A stretch of DNA of 64,000 nt from the human T2T-CHM13v2.0 reference genome, Homo sapiens: the NCBI RefSeq assembly GCF_009914755.1, contig NC_060947.1; one strand, written 5' to 3'. The position numbers and the translations under genes are program-made. This document shows positions 14,234-26,850 of this stretch, in pieces; the stretch's first letter is position 1; every line of letters begins with the position of its first letter. Under the pieces are notes generated by a model. The model saw nothing but the letters and a program-made list of their open reading frames with translations. It had not been told where the DNA came from and made no database searches.

Positions 14234-16246
14234 TGCATTAGTCCATTTTCATGCTGCTGATAAAGACATACCTGAGACTGGGGAAAAACAGGTTTAATTA
14301 GACTTATAGTTTAACATGGCTGGGGAAGCCTCAGAATCATGGTGGGAGGTAAAAGGTACTTCTTACATGGTGGCAGCAAGAGAAAATGAGAGAGATGCAA
14401 AAGTGGAAACCCCTGATAAAACCATCAGACCTTGTAAGACTTATTCAATTCACTACTATGAGAACAGTATGGGGTAAACAGCCCCCATGATTCAAGTTAT
14501 CTCTGATTGAGTCCCTCCCACAACATGCAGGAACTGTGGGAGTACAATACAAGATGAGATTTGGGTGGGGACACAGAGCCAAACCCATTGGGTCCCTTCC
14601 ACAACATGTAGGTATTGTGGGAGTACAATACAAGATGAGATTTGGGTGGGGACACAGAGCCAAACCATATCATTCTGCCCCTGGCCCCTCCGAATCTCAG
14701 GTCTCCCACTTCAGAACCAATCATGCTTCCCAACAGTCCCCCAAAGTCTTAACTCATTTCAGCATTAACCTAGAAGTCCACAGTCCAAAGTCTCATCTGA
14801 GAAAAAGCAAGTCCCTTCCACCTATGAGCCTGTAAAATAAAAAGTAAGCTAGTTACTTCTTAGGTACAATGGGGGTATAGGTATTGTGTAAACCTGCAGT
14901 AAACTTTTGCCTGAGTATCTAGGCATTTCCATACATCCTCTGAAATCTAGGTGGAGGTTCCCAAACCTCAATTCTTGACTTCTGTGCACTCATAGGCTCA
15001 ACACCACATGGAAGCTGCCAAGCCTTGAGGCTTGCACCCTCTGAAGCCACGTCCCCAGCTCTACGTTGGCCCCTTTCAGCCACAGCTGGAGTGGCTGGAA
15101 TGGAGGGCACCAAATCCCCAGGCTGCACACAGCACAGGGACCCTGGACCTGGGCAACAAAACCGCTTTTTCCTCCTAGGCCTCCAAGCCTGTGATGGGAG
15201 GCACTGCCAAGAAGGCCTCTGACATGCCATGGAGACACTTTCCCCAACGTTTTGGTGATTAAAATCCAGCTTCTCATTTGTTATACAAATTTCTGCAGCT
15301 GGATTGAATTTCTCCTCAGAAAATGAGTTTTTCTTTTCTATCACATTGTCAGGCTGCACACTTTTTGAACTTTTATGCCCTGTTTCCCTTATAAAATTGA
15401 ATGCCTTTAACAGCACCCAAGTCACCTCTTGAATGCTTTGCTACTTAGAAATTTCTTCCACCAAATACCCTAAATAATCTCTCTCAAGTTCACAGTTCCA
15501 CAGATATCTAGGGCAGGGGCAACATGCTGCCAGTCTCTTTCCTAAAGCATACAAGAGTCACCTTTGCTTCATTTCCCAACAAGTTTCTCATCTCTATCTG
15601 AGATCAACTCAGCCTGGACTTTATTGTTCATATCACTATCAGCTTTTTGGTCAAAGCCATTCAACAAGTCTCTAGGAAGTTCCAAACTTTTCCCCATCTT
15701 CCTGTTTTCTGAGCCCTCCAAGTCTTAGAAAGTTCCAAACTTTCCCACATTTTTCTGTATTCTTCTGAGCCCTCCAAACTGTTCCAACCTCTTCCTGTTA
15801 CCTGATTCCAATGTTGCCTCCACATTTCCAGGTGGCCTTATAGCAGCACCCCACTCTCTGGGTACCAATTTACTGTATTAGTTCTTTCTCACACTGCTAA
15901 TAAAGACATACCCAAGCCTGAGTAATTTATAAAGGAAAGCGGTTTAATTGACTCACAGTTCCACAGGGCTGGGGAGGCCTCAGGAAACATACAATCATGG
16001 TGGAAGGGAAAGGAAACACATTCTTCTTCCCATGGTGGCAGCAAGGAAAAGTGCAGAGCAAAGCGGGGAAAGCTTCTTGTAAAACCGTCAGATCTCATGG
16101 AACTCACTCACTGTCATGAGAAGAGCACGGAGGTAAATGGCCCCATAATTCAGTTTTCTCCCCTGGGTCCCTCCCATGATACATGGGGATTATAGGAACT
16201 ACAATGCAAGATGAGATTTGGGTGGGGATGTAGCCAAACCATATCA
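14234..16246 (-). mobile_element. THE1 (ERVL-MaLR) element: THE1A-like LTR 14234-14672, internally deleted THE1-int 14673-15873, THE1C-like LTR 15874-16246
   Basis: Both LTRs run tg(c/t)attag...taaagacatacc...gagatttgggtgggga...gccaaaccatatca. The internal region has THE1-int motifs and the remnant ORF 14919-15425. Confidence 0.93.
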
Positions 16247-16970
16247 CTAACTTACCTATTGTTTCATGTTATCAGTACCAGAAGTGAGAAGAAAATTCCA
16301 ATTCTTTCTGAAAATGAATGATTCAAAAGAATTACTACAGCCATCCTACATTCTATTTGGACAATATTTTAATATAGAAATATATAGTAAATGTTGAATG
16401 GCTTTGGGTTAAGTTATCAATGCTTAGGCACTAATACAGAATATGGCAAAAAGAAAATATTATGAAATATATACAATCATTGATTTAAATTTGGTCTTAC
16501 AATATTACTGGCTACAGTAATATTTTAAGTAGTCAGCTATCACTGTGGAGCTCTCCTCTTTCTTTGAATATATATGAATATATATGTGAGTGGCTTAGAA
16601 AGCTATCTCCATTTTACTCATCTTATTTATTTCTTGGTATACCATCTATCATTGGTTCTTATTCCATTTTTAGCAGACTGTATCCCACTTATTTAACTAC
16701 AACAACTTCTTTTAAAGTGTTAGAAACTCTATTCATTGTTGTGTCAGTTAAAAGCCTACTGAGAGTACTTCCAATTTCTCCTTGAGTTTCATGCTAAAGA
16801 TATAAACTCACTGAATTTCCAGTGAAGATATCAGTAGAATACCATTCTATATGCCGATTCCAAGTATGTTATTCCCAGAAATTTATAGGCCTACAAAACA
16901 AGGTCAGATTTGCCATCAGTGAATCTTTTCAGCATATTAAAGACTTGTATTCAAAGTTCAACAAAGCCTA

Positions 16971-17705
16971 TTGTGGGGATGTAAATTAGTACGGCCACTA
17001 TACAAAACAGTATGGAGGTTCCTCAGAAAATTAAAAACAGAACTACCATATGATCCAACAATCCCACTGCTGGCTATGTCTCCAAAGAATATGAATCAAT
17101 ATGTCAAAAGTACACTGCACTCCCAAGTTCATTGTAGCATTATTGACAATAGCCAAATATGGAATCAAGTTAAGTGTCTATAAGTGGATTAATGGATAAA
17201 GAAAATGTTGTATATATACACAATGTAATACTCTTTGACCATAAAAGGAATGAAATATTGTCATTTTTAGTAATATGGATGACATTATGGAGGATATTAT
17301 GTGAAATGAAATAAGCCAGGCACAGATAAACAAATATTACATGATCTCACTAATATGTGGAGTGTGAAAAAGTCAAATTCATAAAATCACGGAGTAAAAT
17401 GGTGGTTACCAGAGGCTGGATGATGAGGGGATTGAGGAGATGTTGGACAAAGGACACAAAATTTTAGTTAGACAATGGAATACATTCAAGGTTTCTATTG
17501 TACGTCATGGTGACTACAGTTATCAACAATATATTGTAGATATGAAAATTTCTTAGGAAGGAGATTTTAAGTGTTCTCACCACAAAAAGGATGTGAGGTG
17601 ATACATATGTTAAATAGATTGATTTAGCCATTCCCCAATGTATATTTAAAATATTACATTGTATACCATAAATATATATAAAATTTTACTTATCAAATTC
17701 TACAA
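16971..17705 (+). mobile_element. L1MA (about MA6-8) 3' end with 17-bp TSD
   Basis: ORF2 end (KTELPYDPTIPLL) and L1MA 3'UTR. TSD aagttcaacaaagccta (16954-16970) / gagtccaacaaagccta (17706-17722). Confidence 0.9.
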
Positions 17706-18052
17706 GAGTCCAACAAAGCCTAAAAGACACTTATAATTTGATATTGTCTAGTATATTGGAAATTAAGGATTTGCTTCTCTATCTAGTCCACACGGTTTAC
17801 AGGAAAGATAGGTATAAAGTGATAAGTATTAGTAGTTACATGAAGACATATTTTAGTGTCTTTCATTCTAACCCCCAGTCCCAAATATAACGCTGTTGGT
17901 AGAGGAGATATGACAATAAATTTATATCAAGTTAGTTGTGGAAAATGAAAGGGGAATATGTCATTACATCATTCAGTAATTACTGATTAAGGATTTGCCA
18001 TGTCCCATGCATTCTACTAGGCTTTCCTAATGTGGAAATATATGTATACGTC

Positions 18053-18055
18053 TGT

Positions 18056-18090
<35 letters not shown>
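18053..18090. repeat. (TG)n microsatellite
   Basis: About 19 TG units with one interruption. Confidence 0.97.
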
Positions 18091-18093
<3 letters not shown>

Positions 18094-18805
18094 TTTCTGA
18101 ATTCTACTAGATCTGTAATAAGTGCAAATCAACAGCAAATATTTTTTTAATTCAATAAATATTTGCCATATCCAACCATCGGAATGAAAATTTAGCAATC
18201 TGTTTCTTACCTAAACTCTGTTTGTTTCTATCCTGACAGATGCTCTCAGTTAGATATTTCATTGATATTCTGCTGTGGCACTGTTAATCTTATTTTGATT
18301 GAAACAGAGTTCTGGACAGTAAAATTGATGGGTGCTTATCAGCAGAGTATCACAAAAAAGTGATAAAAAGTCTTCACGTGTAGGTCTGCATGGGGCAAGA
18401 ATTATGACTTTCCTTAAACTTGTAATTTAGAAAATACTTATTGTCATTCTTTTAGCACTGTATGGATTATCAATCTATTTAAGCACTTTTAATAGCTATA
18501 TTTTGATTGACATGTTTCTTGTCATTTTCAATGATTTTCTTGCCTAAGCAACATATGATAGAGTTTTACAATGGACAGGGCATTTATCTTTACTTTTAGA
18601 TGATGTCTTTTCTAACATTGAAGTTGAATAGCTAGTCATGTCACATAATAATATCATCAGATCCTTGAGGATAAATCATATGTAGCATATTTATTGTGTA
18701 TGTTAATTTTACGGCAGTTTCATTAGATATGGAATATAAGGAAGAAATAAATTGAAAATTAATACAATATGGAAGGATGGTATGCTTAATCTAACACACA
18801 CATTA

Positions 18806-19012
18806 GTACACATGGACAGAGTGGAATAATGGATATTGGAGATTCCAAAAGGTGGAACAGTGACTGGGAGGTGGGTGAGGGATGAGAAATTACCTATTGG
18901 GTATAATGTATAGTATTTGGGTGATGGTTACACTAAAAGCCCAGACTTCACCACTCTGCAATGTATTCATGTATCAAAACTGCACTTGTACTCCCCAAAT
19001 CTGTAAAAATAA
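18806..19012 (+). mobile_element. L1PB (PB4-like) 3'UTR fragment with TSD
   Basis: gggatgagaaattacctattgggtataatgt...ggtgatggttacactaaaagcccagacttcaccact. TSD aacacacacatta (18793-18805) / aagatacacatta (19013-19025). Confidence 0.85.
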
Positions 19013-19994
19013 AAGATACACATTATATGTCAAAAACAAAAGAGGTTTTTTTGCAGTGCTATAATTTAGTCATTAGTCTAGCCCTTTGCTAATGGCTAAA
19101 ATAAGGATTTGACCTAAACCAAATAATAAACTAAAAACTCAGTAAACATTATTAATTTGCAAGGCTCAACCCCCGAAAATATCATTATTATTTTTATTGA
19201 ACTACAAACTGAATTAAAGGTGTTTTTTAAAATTCAGTGATGCAGTTAGAACTGGAATTGAACATATATATTTTCTTTAACAATTAAACAGTTAACAATT
19301 AAACTAGAACAAAACCAGTATATCAAAATATTTTCTAATCATGTATCTCATTCAGTTCATACATTCCTAGCATAAAATATTTTATATTATCCTTCAAATA
19401 TGTTTTAAAGCAAAGTTAGACCACTGACAATGCTGTGAGTTTTACAAACAGAATATTTTATTTGTATTCATTGTTTGAGAGACCTTCTCCTTTACTTAAG
19501 CTTACAATAGTTCTTAATTAGTTAATTGTAATTAATGTTTAGATTACTGAGTAACATAGACTATATTGATATATAGCTTGTAAAACATCAGTCTTATTAT
19601 TTGGATTTCTGGGAGTTTTATTTGCTAAGAGAACTTGGAATCTCCTTGGTTTAAATTCTGCTGTGCTTTTTCACCTAGGAAATAGTTTCCTCCCTTTATG
19701 CAATTAGGAATTTACTGCAGGAAGCATAAGATATGAAGACCTGTTTACTAATAATTCAGTAAGACAGCATTTAATATTAGAGCTGCATGTCTCTGAAAGA
19801 TAAATAACCACCCCAAAAGATATGGGGGTGCAGTGTTTTTCCTGAAATAGAGAAGAAATGTGTCTTTCTTGAAGAGAGACAGTTGACAGGCATCATACAT
19901 TACTCTTCATCTAGTGAGATATATTATAATAAGAAGATAACCTTTAGTGAACAACAGTTCCGATTTAAGTAAAGACTTTTGCCCTTAAAATTCT

Positions 19995-20275
19995 GGTTAG
20001 ATAGGTGAAATAAGTTCAAGAGCTCTATTGTACAACATGGTGACTGTACTTAATAACCACCTATTATATTCTTGAAAATTGCTAAGGGAGTAGATTTTAA
20101 GTGTTCTCATTCCAAAAGATGATATAAACATGTGATGTAATACCTATGTTAATTAGCTCAATTGAACAATTCCAAAATGTATGCATATTTGAAAACATCA
20201 TGTTGTACATGATAAACCTATTAGATTTTTATTTGTCAATTAAAAATGATTAATTGGTTAATTTAAAAAGAACAA
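19995..20275 (+). mobile_element. L1MA 3'UTR fragment
   Basis: aataagttcaagagctctattgtacaacatggtgact...gaaaattgctaag...gtagattttaagtgttctca. Confidence 0.85.
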
Positions 20276-20414
20276 AAATGAAATCTAGAATGAATGCGGA
20301 TTATTACGTTATTCACTCTTCTTCAGAGGAATAAATGGGACACTGGAAATAGCAAGGGCTCTCTGAGTGGCACTTTCCTGCTTATAAGATGGGAATAACA
20401 GCTCTTACTACAAC

Positions 20415-20728
20415 ATTGTCTGGGTTGGCCCTTTGTAATCACAAAGATCCTTATAGAAGAAAGAGGGAGGCAGGAGAGTCAGAGAAAGAGATGTGGCAAT
20501 GGAAGTAGTGATGAGATTGCTGGCTTTGAACATGGAAGAAGGACTGTGAAGCAAGGAATACAGGCAACCTCTAGAAAGTAGAAAAGGTAGGGAAATGGAT
20601 TATCCCCAAGAGCCTCTGGAAGAAAGCGAATCCTGTTGACACCTTGAAGTTAGGTTAGTAAAGCACATTTCAGACTTCTGACCCCAGAACTATAAGACAA
20701 TAAATTTGTGTTGTTGTAGTCTACTAAA
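20415..20728 (+). mobile_element. MLT1 (MLT1D-like) LTR fragment
   Basis: ggccc...gtaatcacaaagatccttat...gggaggcaggagagtcagaga...gctggctttgaa...cagacttctgaccccagaactataagacaataaatttgtgttg. Confidence 0.85.
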
Positions 20729-22779
20729 AAATAAAAGACCCAAGTCCTCTAAGATAAAAATGTTATAGTAATAAATGATCACTGTTTAGCTATAGGACGC
20801 TTCTGTGGGACATATCCCCACTACACTGCATTTCTTAAAATAAAATATTCCAGACATTATTTAATTAGTTGATGAGTACCAATAGTTATTATTCTAAAAA
20901 TCTGTCCCTAAGGATTGTTTTTCTGACTATAATACAATTACAGTTAGTTTCTTGATGATAATTCAATTCCATGTAGATTTAATAGGGTTTATAAGTGGAG
21001 GATTTGAAGAAAGGGTGGAAAATGAACTCTGAATGCTGGAGCATTTGACACATTAAATATCGATAGATTAGCCTTAGCATTGTTAACTGAACCTAATAAC
21101 CCATGAGAGATTCTTTTGTTCAGAAGCAAATTAAAATTTTTTTTCTCAGAGTTAAATTATAGCCAAGGAGGTGACATTAAAACTCTCCCTTTCATACATA
21201 TTTAATATTTTGTCCTACAGTTCCAAGTTTTTTAAAAATATTTAACTTCTGTGGGTACATAGTAGGTATATACATTTATGGGTTACATGAGATATTTTTA
21301 TACAGGCATGCAATGCGTAATAATCGCAACAGTTAAATGGGGTATCCATCACCACAAGCGTTTATCCTTTGTGTTAAAATAAGCTAATTATATTCTTTAA
21401 GTTGTTTTAATATGTATAATTAAATTATTTAAAAACATATTTATATTAATTTTTATGGGTACATAGTAAGTATATATAGTTATGTGGTACATGAGAAGTC
21501 TTGATACAGGTATACAATGTGAAATAAGCACATCATGTAAAATGGGGCATCCATCCCCTCAAGCATTTATCCTTTATGTTATAGACAATCCAACTGAACT
21601 CTTTTGATTTTTTAAAAATGTACAATTAAATTATTACTGACTATAGCCATTCTGTTGTACTATCAAATACTAGGTATTATTCATCTTACTGTATTTTTAT
21701 ACCCATTAACTATCCCTACTTACCTTCCTCCCCCATCACCCACTACCCTTCCAAGCCTCTGAAAACTACCATTCTACTCTCTATTTCCATGAGTTCAATT
21801 TTTTTTTATTTTTAGATCCCACAAATAAGTGAAAACATGTCATGTTTTTCTCTGTGCCTGGCTTATTTCACTTAGCATAATAATCTCCACTTCCATCCAT
21901 GTTGTTGCAAATGACAAATCTCATTCTTTTTTATGGGTGAATAGTACTCCATTGTGTGTAAGTACTATGTTTTCTATATTCATTCATCTTCATGGACACT
22001 TACGTGGCTTCCAAATCTTAGCTTTGTGAACAGTATTACACCAAACACAAGAGTGTAGATATCTCTTTGGTTTACCGATTTCCTTTCATTTGGGTATATA
22101 CTCAGCATCAAGATTATGGAATACAGTAGCTCTATTTTTCATTTTTTGAGGAACCTCCAAACTGTCTTCCATAGCGGTTGTGGTAATTTAAATTCTCACC
22201 AGCAGTGAATGAGGGTTTCGTTTTCTTCACATACTTTGCAGCATTTGTTTTTGCCTGTCTTTGGATATAAGCCATTTTAACTGGGGTGAGATGATATCTC
22301 ATTGTAGTTTTGATTTGCATTTCTCCGATGATGAATAATGTTGACCACCTTTTCATATGCCTGTTTGCCATTTGTATATCTGCTTTTGAGAAATGTCTAT
22401 GCAAATATTTGTCCCATTTTAAAATCTGATTATTAGATTTTCTCATATAGAGTTGTTTGAGCTCCTTATATATTCTTGTTATTAATCCCTTATCAGATGG
22501 GTAGTTTGCAAATATTTTCTCCTATTTTGTGGGTTGTGTCTTTGTTGATTGTTTCCTTTGCTGTGCATAAGCATTTTAACTTGATGTGATCATACTTATC
22601 AATTTTTACTTTGGTTGGCTGTGTTTGTGGAGTATTAAGAAAATTTTGCCCAGATCAATGTCCTGAAGAAGAGTTTCCCCAATGTTTTCTTGTAGTAGAT
22701 TTATAGTTTGAGGTCTTAGATTTAAGTATTTAATCTATTTTGATTTGATTTTTCTATATGGCAAGAGATAGGGGTCTAG

Positions 22780-23254
<475 letters not shown>

Positions 23255-25555
23255 TATGTAATGTGTTTATACCAGTACCATGCTGTTTTGATTCCTACAG
23301 CTCTGTAGTATAATTTGAAGTCAGGTAATGTAATTCCTCCAATTTTGTTGTTTTTACTCGGGATAGTTTTGGTTATTCTGGGTCTTTTGTGGTACCATAT
23401 AAGTTTTAGAATTATTTATTCTATTTCTGTTGAGGAATATCAACAGAATTGATATTGGTATTTTGATAGGGATACATTGAATCTGTAGATTGCTTAGGGT
23501 AGTATGGACAACATTTGAACAATATTGATTATTTCAATCCATGAAAAGGAATATCTTTTTTGTGTATGTGTCCTCTTCAATTTCTTTCATCTGTGTTTTA
23601 TAATTTTCATTATAGAAATCCTTCACTTCTTTGATTAATTTCCAGGTATTTAATTTCATTTATGGCTATTGTAAACAGGATTACTTTTTGATTTATTTTT
23701 CAGATTGTTCACTGTTGGCATATAGAAATGCTACTGATTTTCGCACAATGATTTTGTATCCTGCAACTACTGGATTTGTTTATAAGTTCTAACAATTTTT
23801 TGGTGGACTCTTTAGGTTTTTCCAAATATAATGTCATATCATCTACAAACAATGACAATTTGACTTCTTCCTTTCCAAACTGAATGCTCTTTATTTCTTT
23901 GTCTTGTCTCTTCACTCTAGTAAGAACTTCTGGTATGATGTTGAGTAGCAGTGGTGACAGTGGGCATCCTTGTTGTGTTTCAGATCTTAGAGGAACGGCT
24001 TTTACTCTTTTCCCATTCAGTGTGATACTAGCTGTGGTTCTATCGTATATGGCTTTTATTATGTTGAGGTATGTTCCTCATTTTTTTGAGGGTTTTTATC
24101 ATAAAAGGATGTTGAGTTGTTTTGAATTATTTTTCAACATCAATGAAAATGATCATACGATTGTTGTCTTTCATTCTGTTGATACGATGTACCACATCAA
24201 TTGAGTTGTGTATGTGGAACCATTGTTGTATCCCTGGGATAAATCCCACTTTGTCATGATGAATGATCTTTTAAATTCATTGTTGAATTCAGGTTGTTCG
24301 TATTTTGTTGAGGATTTTTGCATCATTTTTCATCAGAGATATTGGCCTGTAGTTTTCTTTTTTTGATGTGTCTTTGTCTGGTTTTGGTATCAAGGTAAAC
24401 TGGCCTTGTAGAATGAGTTTGGAGGTGTTCCCTTCTTCTCTCTTTTCCAGAATAGTTTGAGTAGGATGGTTATTAGTTTGTTGAATGTTTGGTAGAATTC
24501 AGCAGTGAAGCCATCAGGTCCCTGGCTTTTTCTTCATTGAGATACTTTTTATTACAGCTTGTTATTGGTCTAGTTTTTTATTTCTTCCTGGTTTAATCTT
24601 GGTAGGTTGTATGTGTATACAAATTTCACTTCTTCTAGATTTTCTGGTTTATTAGCAATAGTTGCTCATAGTAGTCACTAATCCTTTGAACTTCTGCAGT
24701 ACCAGTTGTAATGTCTCATTTTTCACCTCTGATTTTATTTATTTGGATCTTGTCTCTTTTTTTTGTTAGTTAGTTTGGTTAAAGGTTTGTCAGTTTTGGT
24801 TAACTTTTCAAAATCCAACTTTTTGTTTCCTTGATCTTTTGTATTGTTTGCTTCATGTCAATGTCATTATTTCTGCTCTGACCTTTATTGTTTATTTTTT
24901 CCTACTAATTTTGTGTTCAGTTTGCTCTAGCTTACCAGTTCTTTAAGATGCATTGTTAGGTTGTGTATTTGAAGTTTTTCTTCTTTTTATGGTGTAGGCA
25001 CTTATAGCTGTATACTTCTCTCTTAGTATTGTTTTTGCTGTATCCCACAGGTTTTTGTATATTGTGTTTTCATTATCATTTGTTTCAAGAAGGTTTTCAA
25101 TTTTCTTCTTAATTTCTTCATTGAGCCACTGGTCATTCAGCAGCATAATGTTTAAGTTCTGTGCTTCTGTAGTTTCCAAAATTCCTCTTTTTATTGATTT
25201 CTAGTTTTATTTCATTGTGGCCAGAGAAGATGCTTGATAGTATTTGAATTTTTTGAATATTTTAAGACTTTTTTGTGACTTAACATATGGTCTATCCTTG
25301 ATAGTGATCCACGTGCTGATGATAAGAATGTATTCTGTAGCTATTATATAAAATGATCTATAAAGATAGATTAGGTTTATTTGGTCTATAGTGCAGATTA
25401 AGTCTAATGATACTTTGTTGATTTTCTCTCTGAAAGATGTCCAGTGCTGAAAGTGGAATGTTTATTTCTCTGACTATTATTGTATTAGGGTTTCTTTCTC
25501 TCTCTCTTTAGCTCTAATAATATTCCCTTTATGTATCTGAGTTCTTCAGTGTTGA

Positions 25556-25559
<4 letters not shown>

Positions 25560-25588
<29 letters not shown>
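25560..25588. repeat. (TA)n microsatellite within L1MA
   Basis: About 14 perfect TA units. Confidence 0.97.
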
Positions 25589-25591
<3 letters not shown>

Positions 25592-26739
25592 GTTATATCC
25601 TCTTGTTTAATTGACTCCTTTATCATGATATAGTGACCTTCTTTGTCTCTTCTTATAGTTTTGTCTTGAAATCGATTTAGTCTGATATATTTATAGTGAC
25701 ACCTGCTCTTTTTTGTTTTTTTTATTGGCAGGGATTATATTTTTTCTCTGTATTTTCACCCTATGTGTTTCTATATAGGTGAAGTATGTTTCTTACAGGC
25801 AGCAGATCATTGGGTTCAGTTTTAAAAAATCTATTCATCCACTATATCTTTTGATTGCAGTTTATTTTGTTTACATACAGTGTTATTACTATAAATAAGG
25901 ACTTACTCCTGCCATTTTATTATTTGTTTTTTGATGGTTTTGTGATCCTCTCCTCCTTCTTTCCTTTATTTCTGTTTTGCTTTTAGTGAAAGTAATTTTC
26001 TCCGGTAGTATGATTAATTTCTTTCTCTTTATCTTTTGTGTATCTATTTTATATATGTTTTTAAATTTCAGGTAACCGTTAGGATTGTAGATACTATTTT
26101 GTAGCCCATTATTTTAAGCTGATAACAACTTAATACTGTTTGCTTAAACAAAGGAACAAAGAGACAAAAAAAAGGAACAAACAGGCAAAAACAAAACTAA
26201 TGAAAACTCTACAGTTTAACTCTATCCCTCTGATTTTTAACTTATTGTTTTTTCTATTTATATCTTCTTGTACTTTCTATGTCTTGAAAAGTTTTTGTAG
26301 TTGTTATTTTTGATTGGTTCATTATTGAGCCTTTCCACTTAAGAGTAGTTAACATACCACAATTACAGTTTTGTATAATATTCTGTATTTTTCTGTGTGG
26401 TTACTATGACCAGTAAGTTTTGTACCTTCAGATGGTTTCTTGTTGCTCATTAATGTGCTTTTCTTTCTGATGAAAGTACTCTTTTGCATTTCGTGCAGGA
26501 CAGGTCTGGTGTTGACGAAATCCCTCAGCTTTTGTTTGTTTAGGAAAGTCTTTATTTCTCCTTCATGTGTGAAGGATATTTTTGCCAGACATACTATTCT
26601 AGGGTAAAAGGTTTTTTCCTTCAGTACCTTAAATATGTCATGCCACTCTCTCCTGGCCTGTAAGATATCCACTCAAAAGTGGGCTGCCAGATGCATTGGA
26701 GCTCCATTGTATGTTATTTGTTTCTCTTGCTGCTTTTAG

Positions 26740-26801
26740 TTTTTTTCTTTTTTGTTTTTCTTTTTTTTTTTTTTTTTATGTCACTATCTCCCATTCACAC
26801 A
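26740..26801 (-). mobile_element. Tiny L1-mediated retro-insertion (24 nt plus ~38-nt poly-A) with 13-15-bp TSD
   Basis: tcttgctgcttttag (26725-26739), poly-T, atgtcactatctcccattcacaca, then tcttgctacttttag (26802-26816). Confidence 0.8.
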
Positions 26802-26850
26802 TCTTGCTACTTTTAGGATCCTTTCTTTATCATTGATCTTTGGGTTGTTT

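Noticed and set aside
14919-15425. 168-aa minus-strand ORF
   Set aside because: Remnant of the THE1 internal ORF in a deleted element.
15668-15780. Tandem repeat aagttccaaacttt...ctgagccctccaa
   Set aside because: As I recall, this is a normal feature of THE1C/D internal consensus.
15960-15985. PRDM9 hotspot motif in the THE1 LTRs
   Set aside because: The minus strand reads CCTCCCCAGCCCT (right LTR) and CTTCCCCAGCCAT (left LTR). Neither matches CCNCCNTNNCCNC.
19277-19305. Short tandem duplication ttaacaattaaac x2 (similar ones at ~38152 and ~59480)
   Set aside because: Ordinary slippage micro-duplications in AT-rich DNA.
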